Shown: positions 1 through 9,932 of the stretch, piece by piece
Position numbering within the stretch: the first letter of the stretch is position 1
Layout: each line of letters begins with the position of its first letter
Source: an uncultured Candidatus Saccharibacteria bacterium
Lineage (GTDB): Bacteria > Patescibacteriota > Minisyncoccia > Phycocordibacterales > SBAW01
Direction of reading: 5' to 3'
DNA: 64,000 nt
Assembly (NCBI GenBank): GCA_964420015.1
Contig: CAYQPO010000001.1
Span: forward strand, 23,048-87,047
Translations under genes and position numbers: made by a program
Notes under the pieces: model-generated
Told to the model about the DNA's origin: nothing
Database searches by the model: none
The model's input: the letters and a program-made list of their open reading frames with translations, nothing else

Positions 1-263
1 CAACACTCCAAGACCGGATCCAAAAAGCGGGACTCTACCCAGTGACTGCACTCACTACCCTCAACCGGCGCGAAAAACTGGCTCTGCTGGGGCAAAAAGT
101 TGTGCTTTGTACCACATTGGCCGAAGACACTCGGGCGCTTTCGAGCGTTGGAGTCCAAGGCCCTCGTGCGGGGCACGTGCTCGAAGAAGTAGGTTCCTTG
201 TGCGTGCCGCAAGGTGGGCTACAATAAAGATGCCCGCTTTTATACATTTTTATTAGGTAGCAT

Positions 264-869
264 ATGCAACCCCACCAGAATGGCCAGAATCAGAGCGACA
301 AAAAGCAACTCCCCGCAGCGCCAACCAGCTCGTTTAGTGCGCCCAAACAACCGCCACTTTCCATGAGCACGGCACAAAAATCTCCCGTTGCACGCTATGC
401 CGGGTTTATTGCCGGAGGGATTGTGCTGGGAGTGATTATCGCTTGGGGTGCTGGTGCATGGCGCAGCAGCCCAGAAGTCAGCAGTACCTCGACCGTAGAT
501 GGAGTCAATACCACTGCCGATGCAAATAATGTCGCGACCACTACCGTGGGGTCTGGTGCCTCTTTTTCAATCGTCTCGCCGCAGCCAGCCGGCACCGAGA
601 TCGCTGTTGCCAAAGCGGTCGTCTCTGAACCCACCTGGGTAGTGATCTACGAGGACAATGCGGGCAAACCAGGCAATGCGCTCGGCGCAGCACTTTTCTT
701 CCCTGATCATCCGCAAGGCCAAGTTGAGCTTTTGCGTGCGACTGCTGCAGGTCGCAGTTATTTGGCAGTCGAGCAGACAGACAATGGCGACCGCAAGTTC
801 TCGCTTAAAGACGATCACTATGTAAGTGAGGATGGGCAGGTCACGTGGCTTACCTTCAGCGTTAATTAA
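264..869 (+). CDS. hypothetical membrane-anchored protein (one N-proximal TM helix, Ser/Thr/Ala-rich extracytoplasmic part)
   Basis: 201-aa ORF with hydrophobic segment FIAGGIVLGVIIAWGAGAW; no recognisable family motif. Confidence 0.4.
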   Translation: MQPHQNGQNQSDKKQLPAAPTSSFSAPKQPPLSMSTAQKSPVARYAGFIAGGIVLGVIIAWGAGAWRSSPEVSSTSTVDGVNTTADANNVATTTVGSGASFSIVSPQPAGTEIAVAKAVVSEPTWVVIYEDNAGKPGNALGAALFFPDHPQGQVELLRATAAGRSYLAVEQTDNGDRKFSLKDDHYVSEDGQVTWLTFSVN

Positions 870-876
870 CGTAACT

Positions 877-1323
877 ATGGTGGAATCAGTACTCATTATT
901 CGTCTGGTTGTTGCGGCGCTGCTCGGTGTGCTCTTGGGGCTCGAGCGTTCGCTCGCAGGTAAACATGCGGGCATGCGTACCTACGCACTCGTCTCCTTAG
1001 GTTCTGCGCTTTTTGTAGTCGTGGGAATCATGAGCTCGTATGAGTTTTCGCTCTTTGTAGGGATCAACCCCATGGCGATTGCAAGCTCGGTAGTGGTGGG
1101 GATCGGTTTTATCGGCGCAGGGCTCGCTGCTCTGCGCGGCGAGCATCCCGAGCTTACTACCGCCTCAGGTCTGTGGCTTTCGGCGGGTATCGGCATGGCA
1201 GCTGGCTTTGGGCTCTACGAGATAGCCGTTGCCGGAGCTGCGCTTGGCTTCGTTGTCTTTTGGTTGTTTGCAAAAATTGAGCGCAAACTCAACATGCGCT
1301 ATGGCATCGGTCACGAAAATTAG
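877..1323 (+). CDS. mgtC: MgtC/SapB family membrane protein
   Basis: N-terminus LVVAALLGVLLGLERSLAGKHAGMRTYALVSLGSALF matches the MgtC family signature; start moved to internal ATG (MVESV...). Confidence 0.6.
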   Translation: MVESVLIIRLVVAALLGVLLGLERSLAGKHAGMRTYALVSLGSALFVVVGIMSSYEFSLFVGINPMAIASSVVVGIGFIGAGLAALRGEHPELTTASGLWLSAGIGMAAGFGLYEIAVAGAALGFVVFWLFAKIERKLNMRYGIGHEN

Positions 1324-1355
1324 GCCAAGCGCAGTCCGTGGAGTAAAATGGGCGG

Positions 1356-2192
1356 GTGTCCAACTTCTACAAACCCAACCGCAAACCCGATTACAACTAC
1401 GGCGGCTCCAAATGGACACTCTCGCGATCAAAAATCGACCTCTTTTTGGAGTGCCCGCGCTGCTTTTATATCGACAACAAGTTGGGTGTGGCGCGGCCGC
1501 CAGGCTTCCCCTTTAATCTCAACTCTGCGGTCGACGCGCTTTTAAAGAAAGAGCTCGACGCTCACCGGGCGCAGGGTTCTCAGCACCCGCTTGCTAAAGC
1601 GTACGGGCTTGATGCGATACCCCTTGTCCACCCCAAGATGGATGAGTGGCGCAACGCCTTGAGCCAAGGGGTGATGTATTTTCACGAACCAACACAGATG
1701 ATGGTCCGCGGTGGCGTCGACGACATTTGGGTCAACCAAGACGGCGAGTTGATCGTGATCGACTACAAAGCAACCAGCAAAGATGCCAAGATCGAGTCGC
1801 TCGATGAGGAGTGGCACCGCGGCTACAAGCGCCAGCTTGAGGTCTACCAGTGGCTCTTACGCAAAAATGGCTTCAAAGTTTCAGATACAGGCTATTGGTT
1901 TTATGCCAACGCTTCAAAAGATCGGGAGGCCTTTGATGCGCGTCTGGACTTCGAATTGACGCTGGTCCCCTATAAAGGCAACACCGATTGGATCGAAGGA
2001 GCCTTGAGGGATCTTAAAAAATGTCTTGAAAGTGACCAAGTCCCGTCCGCAGGAGCCGATTGCGACTATTGCCGCTACCGCGAAGCGACTGGTAGGGCAC
2101 TCATGGCACTCTCGCCAAAGAAAGTTGAAGCAAAAAAGAAGGGGGGTAAACTAGTAGCAAAGCATGAAGAAGCAACGCCTCACCTTTTCTAA
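1356..2192 (+). CDS. PD-(D/E)XK nuclease superfamily protein (Cas4/RecB-like fold with N-terminal Cys and C-terminal CxxC)
   Basis: motifs GGVDDIW..DGELIVIDYK (D...D/E.K nuclease core), ECPRCFY near N-terminus, ADCDYCRY near C-terminus; 278 aa. Confidence 0.55.
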   Translation: MSNFYKPNRKPDYNYGGSKWTLSRSKIDLFLECPRCFYIDNKLGVARPPGFPFNLNSAVDALLKKELDAHRAQGSQHPLAKAYGLDAIPLVHPKMDEWRNALSQGVMYFHEPTQMMVRGGVDDIWVNQDGELIVIDYKATSKDAKIESLDEEWHRGYKRQLEVYQWLLRKNGFKVSDTGYWFYANASKDREAFDARLDFELTLVPYKGNTDWIEGALRDLKKCLESDQVPSAGADCDYCRYREATGRALMALSPKKVEAKKKGGKLVAKHEEATPHLF

Positions 2193-2466
2193 AAAGCAGC
2201 AAAAGCAGGCTTCTGCTTTTGCGATCAAGGTCTGGGCGGTGGTTGCCAAGATCCCGCGCGGCAAGACGATGACCTATAAACAGGTTGCAGCTAAGGCTGG
2301 TAACCCTGGTGCAGCTCGAGCGGTCGGCACCTTGATGGCCAAAAACTATAACCCAAAAATACCCTGCCACCGCGTGGTGCGCTCCGACGGCAAAGTGGGC
2401 GACTACAACCGCGGCGGCCCGAGCCGCAAGATTGAACTTTTGCTCGAAGAGGCGTACCGAGGCTGA
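2164..2466 (+). CDS. MGMT-family (O6-alkylguanine DNA alkyltransferase) C-terminal domain protein, 100 aa, active-site PCHRV present
   Basis: IPRGKTMTYKQVA...AARAVG...IPCHRVV matches the Ogt/MGMT HTH plus PCHR active site; overlaps the upstream nuclease by 29 nt. Confidence 0.6.
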   Translation: MKKQRLTFSKKQQKQASAFAIKVWAVVAKIPRGKTMTYKQVAAKAGNPGAARAVGTLMAKNYNPKIPCHRVVRSDGKVGDYNRGGPSRKIELLLEEAYRG

Positions 2467-3146
2467 TGGAGGTCAAGATTGAGCCGAGTTGGAAGCAGGC
2501 TCTCGAAGCTGAGTTTGGTAAGCCCTATTTTGCCGAATTGGCTTCGTTTGTAAAAGAAGAATACAAAACCAAAAAAATCTTCCCGCCACCAAAAGAAATT
2601 TTTAGAGCATTTGACCTAACGCCCTTCGAAAAAGTTAAGGTGGTCATCCTTGGACAAGATCCCTACCATGGGGCGGGGCAGGCCAACGGTTTAGCTTTTG
2701 CTGTCTCGCAAGGGGAGCGACAGCCGCCATCGCTGCAAAACATTGCTAAAGAATTAGCTAGCGACCTCGGCTCTACAGAGCAAGGTTCGACCTTGCTCAA
2801 AAAGAGTGGTTTGGAACATTGGGCCAAACACGGGGTGCTCCTCCTAAACGCAACGCTCACGGTGCGTGCCGCTGCGGCTGGCTCGCATCAGGGTAGGGGG
2901 TGGGAGCTTTTTACCGATGCGGCGATTAGAGCGCTTTCAGAGCGGCGCGAGCACGTGGTGTTTATCCTTTGGGGCAACTACGCACGCCAAAAAGGCGCGC
3001 ACATCGACCGCTCTAAACACTGTGTTATAGAGTCGCCGCACCCGTCTCCTTTTTCGGCCAGCAACGGATTCTTTGGCTCCAAACCTTTTAGCAAGGCCAA
3101 CGCATATCTTACATCACATGGAATTACGCCTATAGATTGGCGGTAA
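2466..3146 (+). CDS. ung: uracil-DNA glycosylase (family 1)
   Basis: GQDPYHG water-activating motif, LLLNATLTV, C-terminal HPSPFSA His motif; 226 aa; start shares an overlapping ATGA with the previous stop. Confidence 0.85.
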   Translation: MEVKIEPSWKQALEAEFGKPYFAELASFVKEEYKTKKIFPPPKEIFRAFDLTPFEKVKVVILGQDPYHGAGQANGLAFAVSQGERQPPSLQNIAKELASDLGSTEQGSTLLKKSGLEHWAKHGVLLLNATLTVRAAAAGSHQGRGWELFTDAAIRALSERREHVVFILWGNYARQKGAHIDRSKHCVIESPHPSPFSASNGFFGSKPFSKANAYLTSHGITPIDWR

Positions 3147-3168
3147 AAAATTTGGTAGGGTAGACCTC

Positions 3169-4929
3169 ATGCAACTTAAAACGACATGGGAGCTCCAGAG
3201 ACTTTTCTACAAATCGCTCAAAGATCCGCGCATCCAAAAAGATATTAAGAAAGGCGACCAAGCTATTGACACTTTTGTTAAGAAATACGCCAAAAATAAA
3301 AAACACCTAAGCAACGCAGCAGCACTCAACAAGGCGCTCGCCGACTATGAGGCGCTCGACTTGCTTTGCAGTCCCGCGCCGCTCTACTATGCCAACTATC
3401 GCAAAGAGCTCAACGCCAAGGACAAAGAAGCCGAGGCGTTTCTCAACAAAATGGACGAGCATTACACCAAGCGCGGCAACAAACTACTCTTTTTTGCCCT
3501 CGAGCTTGGCAAGATCCCGCCAGCAACCCAAAAGAAAATGCTTGCCGCAAAAGAGTTGAATGAATGGCGCTACTGGCTCAGCAAACTATTTGAAAACGCC
3601 AAGCACGACCTAAGCGAGCCTGAGGAGAAAATCCTTTCGCTCTTGGGTGATGTATCGTTTGGGCGCTGGCTCCAAGCGGTCGACAACATTCTCAACACCA
3701 AAGAGGTCGATTGGCAGGGTAAAAAGATGCCGATCAACGAAGCGATGGTCAAAATCTCGACGCTCCCGACCAAAGAGCGCCATGAGCTGCACAAGCTCGT
3801 AATGCAAGGGTTTAAAGACACGTCGCAAATGGCTGAGAGCGAAATGAACGCCATTATTATGCGCAAGAAAATAACCGACGAGCTGCGCGGGTTTACAGAG
3901 CCGTACGACGCAACTATTTTGGGGTACGAAAATGACAAAAAAAGTGTACTCGCGCTTGTTGATGCGGTAACCAAACACTTTAAAATCGCACAACGCTTTT
4001 ATGTAGCCAAGGCCAAAATGATGAAGCTGCCTGAGCTCACCTACGCTGACCGCGCAGCTCCGGTGGGGAAGGTAGAAAAAAAGATCCCGTTTGCTGAGGC
4101 GGCCAAGATTGTGCGCGACACGTTCTATAACCTTCACCCGCGTTATGCGGAGATTTTTGAGCGGCTCTTAAAAAATGGACAGGTCGACGTGTATCCCAAG
4201 CCGGGTAAAACTAGTGGCGCGTACTGTTCCTCAAGCACCGATATGCCAACCATGCTCCTGCTCAACCATATTGAGAACGCGCACTCGCTGCTTACGCTCG
4301 CGCATGAGATGGGGCATGCGATACACAGCGAGCGCAGCAAGATACAGCGCGTTGGCTATCAGGGTTATACGACTTCGGTGGCTGAAGTGGCGAGCACTTT
4401 TTTTGAGGCAGCTGCGTTTGATGCGCTTACTAAAACTTTGAATAAAAAGGAACAGGTAATTGCGCTCCACGACAAGTTGCAAGACGACGTGGCAACCATC
4501 TTTCGCCAAACTGCGTTCTTTAACTTTGAACTTGAACTGCACAAAGCAGTTCGGACAAAAGGCTTAGTGAGCAAAGAGGAAATTGCTGCGCTTTTAAATA
4601 AACACACCGCCTCCTACATGGGCAAGGCAGTAAAACTGAGCGATGATGACGGCTACTTTTTTGTGACGGTAGGGCACTTCCGCCGCTTTTTCTACGTCTA
4701 CTCCTACGCCTTTGGACAATTGGTGTCGCGCGCGCTCTTTGAGCGGGTTAAAAAAGATAAAAAGTTTATCAACAAAGTGGATCTCTTTTTGACTGCCGGG
4801 GGCTCGATGTCTCCCGAAGATATTTTTGCCCAATGTGACCTCGATTTGCGCAAACCAACCACCTTCCTCGAAGGCCTCAAAGCACTCGAAAAAGAGGTCG
4901 CGGAGCTCGAAAAAGCGATTGCAAAATAA
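3169..4929 (+). CDS. pepF: oligoendopeptidase F (M3B family zinc metallopeptidase)
   Basis: HEMGHAIH zinc-binding HExxH motif at the expected position; 586 aa. Confidence 0.8.
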   Translation: MQLKTTWELQRLFYKSLKDPRIQKDIKKGDQAIDTFVKKYAKNKKHLSNAAALNKALADYEALDLLCSPAPLYYANYRKELNAKDKEAEAFLNKMDEHYTKRGNKLLFFALELGKIPPATQKKMLAAKELNEWRYWLSKLFENAKHDLSEPEEKILSLLGDVSFGRWLQAVDNILNTKEVDWQGKKMPINEAMVKISTLPTKERHELHKLVMQGFKDTSQMAESEMNAIIMRKKITDELRGFTEPYDATILGYENDKKSVLALVDAVTKHFKIAQRFYVAKAKMMKLPELTYADRAAPVGKVEKKIPFAEAAKIVRDTFYNLHPRYAEIFERLLKNGQVDVYPKPGKTSGAYCSSSTDMPTMLLLNHIENAHSLLTLAHEMGHAIHSERSKIQRVGYQGYTTSVAEVASTFFEAAAFDALTKTLNKKEQVIALHDKLQDDVATIFRQTAFFNFELELHKAVRTKGLVSKEEIAALLNKHTASYMGKAVKLSDDDGYFFVTVGHFRRFFYVYSYAFGQLVSRALFERVKKDKKFINKVDLFLTAGGSMSPEDIFAQCDLDLRKPTTFLEGLKALEKEVAELEKAIAK

Positions 4930-4955
4930 GCGTAAAAGGCGTACGCTCTTAAGCA

Positions 4956-6872
4956 ATGACCCCGAATGAGGTGCGGGAGAAATACCTGCAGTTTTTTAAA
5001 TCGAGAGGGCATACGGTTATACCTTCGGCCCCACTGGTGCCCGAAAACGATCCAACGACGCTTTTTACTGGCTCGGGGATGCAGCCCCTGGTGCCCTATT
5101 TGCTTGGTAAAAATCACCCCGAAGGCTCGCGCCTGAGCAACTCGCAAAAGTGCTTTCGTGCGATGGATATCGAGGAGGTGGGGGATAACCGTCACACCAC
5201 TTTTTTCGAAATGTTGGGCAACTGGTCGCTCGGCGATTATTTTAAGAAAGAGCAGTTGCCGTGGTTTTTTGAATTTCTTACCGACGAAGTAGGTATCGAC
5301 CCAAACAAGCTCTACGTAACTTGCTACAGCGGCGATCCTGAGCTGGGGATCCCGAAAGACACCGAAGCTGCTGAGATTTGGAAAAGTTTGTTTGCTCAAA
5401 AAGGCATCGACGCCAAAGACGCCGAGATGCGCAGCGAAAAAGAGGCGTACTCAATCGGGATAAAACCGGGTGAGCGTATCTTTTACTACCGCGACAAAAA
5501 TTGGTGGTCGCGCGCAGGCGAACCCCAAAAGATGCCTGCAGGCGAGCCGGGCGGGCCCGACTCGGAGGTTTTTTATGATTTTGGCACAGCACACGACACC
5601 AAATTTGGTGAGCATTGCCATCCCAACTGCGACTGCGGACGTTTTTTGGAGATCGGCAACTCGGTGTTTATGGAATACATGAGGAACCCCTCGACAAGCT
5701 CGGGGCGAGACAGTTTTAGCAAACTGCCCCGGCAAAACGTCGACTTTGGTGGGGGATTAGAGCGCATTGCGATGGCCGCACAGGGTGTGCAGGATATTTT
5801 TGTCGCCAATCATGCATCCATCATTCACTTCTTGGCTGGAGCGACACACAAACGCTATGGTGAGAATGTGTATGAGGTCAAAGCATTCCGCATTATTGCC
5901 GACCACATGAAAGCGGCCGTATTTTTGATCGCCGACGGCGTGCGCCCGGGCCCAAGCGAACAAGGCTACTTTGTGCGCCGACTTATTCGCCGCTCGGTGC
6001 GCTATGCAGATAATCTCGGCTTGCACGAGGGCGGTCTTGCTCAGTTGGTAAAGATTGTTGCCGACAGCTACACCAATACTTATCCAGAAATTACGGCACA
6101 ACTTGAGACTATCGAGCACACTATTGCTGATGAAGAAAGCCGTTTTCGCAAAACGCTCCAACGCGGGATCAAAGAGCTCGAGCGTTTTGCAGGCGATGGG
6201 GCAATCACTGGGCAAGAGGCGTTTCAGCTCTTTACCACATATGGCTTTCCCCTCGAACTCATCATCGAAGAAGCGGGAACTCGTGGCGTCAAACAAGTAG
6301 ACATCGAGGGGTTTAAAGAATTGCTCAAAAAACACCAAGAACTTTCCCGCGCTGGCTCGGAACAAAAGTTTAAAGGTGGCTTAGCCGACACGAGCGAAAA
6401 GACTACTCGTCTCCATACCGCGCATCATCTGCTCCTCAAAGCACTCCAGCAAGTGCTGGGGCCGCACGTGCACCAGCGCGGGAGTAACATCACCCAAGAA
6501 CGTTTGCGGATCGACTTTAGCCACCCCGAAAAAGTTACTAAAGAGCAATTGGCCGAGGTAGAGAAAATCGTTAACGAAAAAATTAAAGAAGACTTGCCTG
6601 TTATTCGCACCGAGATGAGTAAAGAAGAGGCCGAAAAGCTCGGTGCTGAGCACGAGTTTGGGGCAAAGTACCCCGACCGCGTTTCGGTCTATTCTGTGGG
6701 CCCGCTCGAGCATGCGTTCTCGATCGAATTTTGCGGTGGTCCACATGTGATTTCGACCGGTGAGTTGGCTAAAAGCGACAGCCCCTCGACTCCGCTCGGG
6801 GCAAAATTTAAAATTTTGAAGGAAGAAGCCGTCGCCCAAGGCATCCGCCGCATTAAAGCTGTTCTCGAATAG
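4956..6872 (+). CDS. alaS: alanine--tRNA ligase, short form ending after the editing domain (no C-Ala domain)
   Basis: N-terminus YLQFFKSRGHTVIPSAPLVPENDPTTLFTGSGMQP; editing-domain HTAHHLL and EFCGGPHV motifs; ORF stops right after ...GIRRIKAVLE. Confidence 0.85.
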   Translation: MTPNEVREKYLQFFKSRGHTVIPSAPLVPENDPTTLFTGSGMQPLVPYLLGKNHPEGSRLSNSQKCFRAMDIEEVGDNRHTTFFEMLGNWSLGDYFKKEQLPWFFEFLTDEVGIDPNKLYVTCYSGDPELGIPKDTEAAEIWKSLFAQKGIDAKDAEMRSEKEAYSIGIKPGERIFYYRDKNWWSRAGEPQKMPAGEPGGPDSEVFYDFGTAHDTKFGEHCHPNCDCGRFLEIGNSVFMEYMRNPSTSSGRDSFSKLPRQNVDFGGGLERIAMAAQGVQDIFVANHASIIHFLAGATHKRYGENVYEVKAFRIIADHMKAAVFLIADGVRPGPSEQGYFVRRLIRRSVRYADNLGLHEGGLAQLVKIVADSYTNTYPEITAQLETIEHTIADEESRFRKTLQRGIKELERFAGDGAITGQEAFQLFTTYGFPLELIIEEAGTRGVKQVDIEGFKELLKKHQELSRAGSEQKFKGGLADTSEKTTRLHTAHHLLLKALQQVLGPHVHQRGSNITQERLRIDFSHPEKVTKEQLAEVEKIVNEKIKEDLPVIRTEMSKEEAEKLGAEHEFGAKYPDRVSVYSVGPLEHAFSIEFCGGPHVISTGELAKSDSPSTPLGAKFKILKEEAVAQGIRRIKAVLE

Positions 6873-6888
6873 GCTTTATACTGTTGGC

Positions 6889-7842
6889 ATGGGATTGTTT
6901 GGGCCAAAAAAGCCCATGGGGCATACCGTGCTCGTACTCGACGTTGAGTCGGGCTCCGTTGCTGCCGCTTTAGTGCATGTACAAAAAGAGGAGCGCCCAA
7001 AACTTTTTGGAGAAATTCGCAAATATTTACCCGCGCCTCACCGTGTGCGCGGAGACGACTTAGCTAAAGAGGTCGAAGGCGCACTGCACTTTGTCGTGCA
7101 GCACATAAGCGAGGTTGCAGCACGCGTGCGTGCCCACGATGCGTCGCACGACTTTGGCACTGTTGAGCGCGCAGTGGTCTTTTTTGCACCGCCATGGGGC
7201 AAGCCCGACTTGCAGCTAGGGAGGCCGGAGTTTATGGAGCATATGTCTGCAGTGGTGCGCACCACTACCGAGGCGCGTTGGGGGCGCGCACCTTTGGCGT
7301 TTTATACTTCTGCTGGTTTGGCCGTGTTTGGTAACAGCATCCTTTTTGAGCCCGAGCCGGTACTGCTCTTTGTGGTGGGCGGCGAGGTGAGCGAACTGTT
7401 GTACCACGACGGCCATGGTGTGCGTACTCATGCGACATTTCCAGTTGGTACACATGCACTTTTACGTACCCTGCGTACCCACGGTGCCTTAAGCGAGCTC
7501 GAGGCCCGCTCGGCGGCACTACTGCCGTTTGAGACGCCACATCTACGCGAGCCGTTTGATGCTGCTGCTGCACACATAGGCGAGCATGTTGCTTCAGCTG
7601 CTCAAGATGTCCTCAACCCTAGCAGCGTGCACAAGGTGCGGGTGATGGGGGAGGACGCGGCGGCCCATTGGTTTGCCCGCGCGCTCTCAACCCATGAGCC
7701 CCTCGGCGAACTTTTTCCCCAAGGAGGCGAGGTGCGAGCACTCCGGGCCGCGCATCTCACCCCGCACATTGCCGCCCACCAAGAGTTGCCCGATGCACGG
7801 CTAATGCTTGGGGCCCTTTTTGTTGATAGTCGACTGCGTTAA
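6889..7842 (+). CDS. hypothetical protein, possible actin-like (ASKHA) ATPase fold
   Basis: VLVLDVESGSVAAALV and LLFVVGGEVSEL resemble phosphate-1/phosphate-2 motifs of FtsA/PilM-type ATPases; weak. Confidence 0.4.
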   Translation: MGLFGPKKPMGHTVLVLDVESGSVAAALVHVQKEERPKLFGEIRKYLPAPHRVRGDDLAKEVEGALHFVVQHISEVAARVRAHDASHDFGTVERAVVFFAPPWGKPDLQLGRPEFMEHMSAVVRTTTEARWGRAPLAFYTSAGLAVFGNSILFEPEPVLLFVVGGEVSELLYHDGHGVRTHATFPVGTHALLRTLRTHGALSELEARSAALLPFETPHLREPFDAAAAHIGEHVASAAQDVLNPSSVHKVRVMGEDAAAHWFARALSTHEPLGELFPQGGEVRALRAAHLTPHIAAHQELPDARLMLGALFVDSRLR

Positions 7843-7861
7843 TACTTGTGTATAATCATCT

Positions 7862-9124
7862 TTGTATATGAGAGACATCCGCCCCTCTGTCGACGAAACC
7901 CCTGAACGCTCTATCCGCAACATCCATCTCGCACATCGTCGCTCCCACCGCACCCCGGAAGAAGCAACCGAGCCACAAATTCCGCACCGTAAGCGCCACT
8001 CTCACGGCCGTTTGTGGCTATGGGGTGCCGTTGTGCTTCTGGCGTGCGTGGCGGGTGGCGTGCTTATCTCAACCGTGTTTGCAGGGGCGAGTATTACGGT
8101 TTATCCGCGAGTCGAAACGGTTAGTCTGCCCGCGACACTCCAAGCTCAGCTCAACGCGCCAGTCGGGGTATTGGCTTATCAAAATCTCACGATTACTAAA
8201 AGCGCCACGCAAAGCGCCCCCGCAACCGGCACGAGCCATGTGGAGCGTCCGGCAAGCGGCATCGTTACGATCACCAACAGTTACTCGAGCGCCTCGCAGC
8301 GTCTCATTGCCAACACGCGTTTTGCTGCTCCCGACGGCAAAATCTATCGCATACACGACTCGGTGATTGTACCGGGGATGACTGGCACTACCCCGGGGAA
8401 TGTGAGTGCTACTTTGTACGCCGACAGCCCTGGCCCCGACTACAACAAAACAGGGCCCGTTACCTTTACCATCCCTGGGTTTAAGAGCGACCCGCGCTAC
8501 ACTAAATTTAGTGCCGTATCCAAAGGGGACATTTCTGGCGGATTTATTGGGGACGAGCCCTCAGTGGCGCCAGCCGATCTTGCCGCCGCAAAATCGGCGC
8601 TCCAAAAACAACTCGACACCGACGTGCGCGCCGCCGCGGGCACACAGATCCCTGATGGGTTTGTAGCGATCCCCGGCACACTCGTTGTTACCTTTGGCGA
8701 CATAACGCAAACACCTGGGTCTAACAACACTGCAGCACTGACGCAGAGCGCTACGGCCATGGGTGCGATCATCCGCCAGAGCGACTTTGCTGCTGCGATC
8801 GCACGCAAGAGCATTTCAGGCTACCAGGGCGAAGCAGTACTCTTTGGCGACACGAGCCACATGAACGCCTCGGTCGCAAGCTCCAGCAACACCCAAAACG
8901 GGGTGATCACCATCAACCTTGCGGGGACCACGCAGCTCATTTGGCAATTTGACCCCAACGCGGTAAAACAAGCGCTCGTGGGCAAAGACAAATCAGCCTT
9001 TGAAACAACGATTAAATCCTTCGAACCTGCGGTAGCCAAGGCAACTGCGAGTATCCGCCCGTTCTGGGAGGGGAAGTTCCCCGCGGACCCCGACAAAATA
9101 TCCATAGACGTTTCGCTCAATTAA
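7862..9124 (+). CDS. hypothetical membrane-anchored protein (single TM, large extracytoplasmic Thr/Ser/Ala-rich domain)
   Basis: 420-aa ORF, TM LWLWGAVVLLACVAGGVLISTVFA, no family motif recognised. Confidence 0.4.
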   Translation: MYMRDIRPSVDETPERSIRNIHLAHRRSHRTPEEATEPQIPHRKRHSHGRLWLWGAVVLLACVAGGVLISTVFAGASITVYPRVETVSLPATLQAQLNAPVGVLAYQNLTITKSATQSAPATGTSHVERPASGIVTITNSYSSASQRLIANTRFAAPDGKIYRIHDSVIVPGMTGTTPGNVSATLYADSPGPDYNKTGPVTFTIPGFKSDPRYTKFSAVSKGDISGGFIGDEPSVAPADLAAAKSALQKQLDTDVRAAAGTQIPDGFVAIPGTLVVTFGDITQTPGSNNTAALTQSATAMGAIIRQSDFAAAIARKSISGYQGEAVLFGDTSHMNASVASSSNTQNGVITINLAGTTQLIWQFDPNAVKQALVGKDKSAFETTIKSFEPAVAKATASIRPFWEGKFPADPDKISIDVSLN

Positions 9125-9183
9125 CCCTTATTTCTAGCCACACTGTAGTTTGACACTCTGAAAGCTTTACGATAAGATGATTT

Positions 9184-9405
9184 TTGTCGCTTCGAATGGA
9201 GAGTAAAGAGGCCGAAGTGCAGGGCATCGTAGAAGAGGCCTTGCCTAATACTTTGTTCAAAGTGTCTCTCGGCGAGGGTGAGCCTGTTTTGGCTTATCTT
9301 GCTGGAAAGATGCGGCTACACAGGATCAAGGTCCTGGTTGGCGACAAGGTGCTTCTTAAACTCGACCCATACGGCGGCAAGGCGCGTATCACACGGCGCT
9401 TGTAG
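9184..9405 (+). CDS. infA: translation initiation factor IF-1
   Basis: S1-like fold sequence [46 protein letters not shown]; true start may be the ATG at 9196. Confidence 0.85.
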   Translation: MSLRMESKEAEVQGIVEEALPNTLFKVSLGEGEPVLAYLAGKMRLHRIKVLVGDKVLLKLDPYGGKARITRRL

Positions 9406-9410
9406 TGTCT

Positions 9411-9524
9411 ATGAAGATCAAAGCTTCCATAAAGCCGCGTTGCGCGACTTGTAAACTTGTCCGCCGCAAAGGGCGGATCTACGTTACGTGTGTCAACCCG
9501 CGCCATAAGGCTCGCCAAGGATAG
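9411..9524 (+). CDS. rpmJ: 50S ribosomal protein L36
   Basis: hand-translated 37-aa [40 protein letters not shown] (Cys/His zinc ribbon), too short for the ORF track. Confidence 0.85.
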   Translation: MKIKASIKPRCATCKLVRRKGRIYVTCVNPRHKARQG

Positions 9525-9540
9525 TCCACCTAAACAAGTC

Positions 9541-9918
9541 ATGCGTATTTCAGGCATTACCCTTCCTAATAAACGTGCAGTCTATGCGCTCACCGCGCTC
9601 TATGGTATTGGCCCTTCGCGTGCGGCAATGATCCTGCAAGCAGCAAAAGTTGACCTCATGAAGCGCGCCGACGACTTTACCGCAGACGAAGAGAACGCGA
9701 TCCGCAAGCAGCTCGAAGGCCTCAAGCTTGAGGGTGATCTTAAACGCGAGGTAGCAGGTAACATCAAGCGTCTTAAAGACATTGGCGCCTACCGCGGTAC
9801 TCGACACGCTAAAAGGCTCCCCACGCGCGGCCAGCGCACCAAGACCAACTCGCGTACCGTCCGTGGCAATGTCCGCAAGACCATGGCCAGCGGCCGCCGT
9901 AAGGAGAGCAAGACTTAA
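9541..9918 (+). CDS. rpsM: 30S ribosomal protein S13
   Basis: MRISGITLPNKRAVYALTALYGIGPSRAAMIL...; ORF-track start moved to internal ATG. Confidence 0.9.
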   Translation: MRISGITLPNKRAVYALTALYGIGPSRAAMILQAAKVDLMKRADDFTADEENAIRKQLEGLKLEGDLKREVAGNIKRLKDIGAYRGTRHAKRLPTRGQRTKTNSRTVRGNVRKTMASGRRKESKT

Positions 9919-9932
9919 TTTCTAAATACTGT

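Noticed and set aside
1-263. Apparently non-coding leading 263 nt (possible ncRNA or gene end)
   Set aside because: Frame 1 runs without a stop from the window edge to a TGA at 43-45, so it may be the last codons of an upstream gene. The rest shows no tRNA, tmRNA or RNase P hallmarks I could recognise (no GGTTCGA T-arm, no P4-like GGAAAGUCCGG).
4704-5399. 231-aa minus-strand ORF spanning the pepF/alaS junction
   Set aside because: Antisense to two well-supported genes. No start context.
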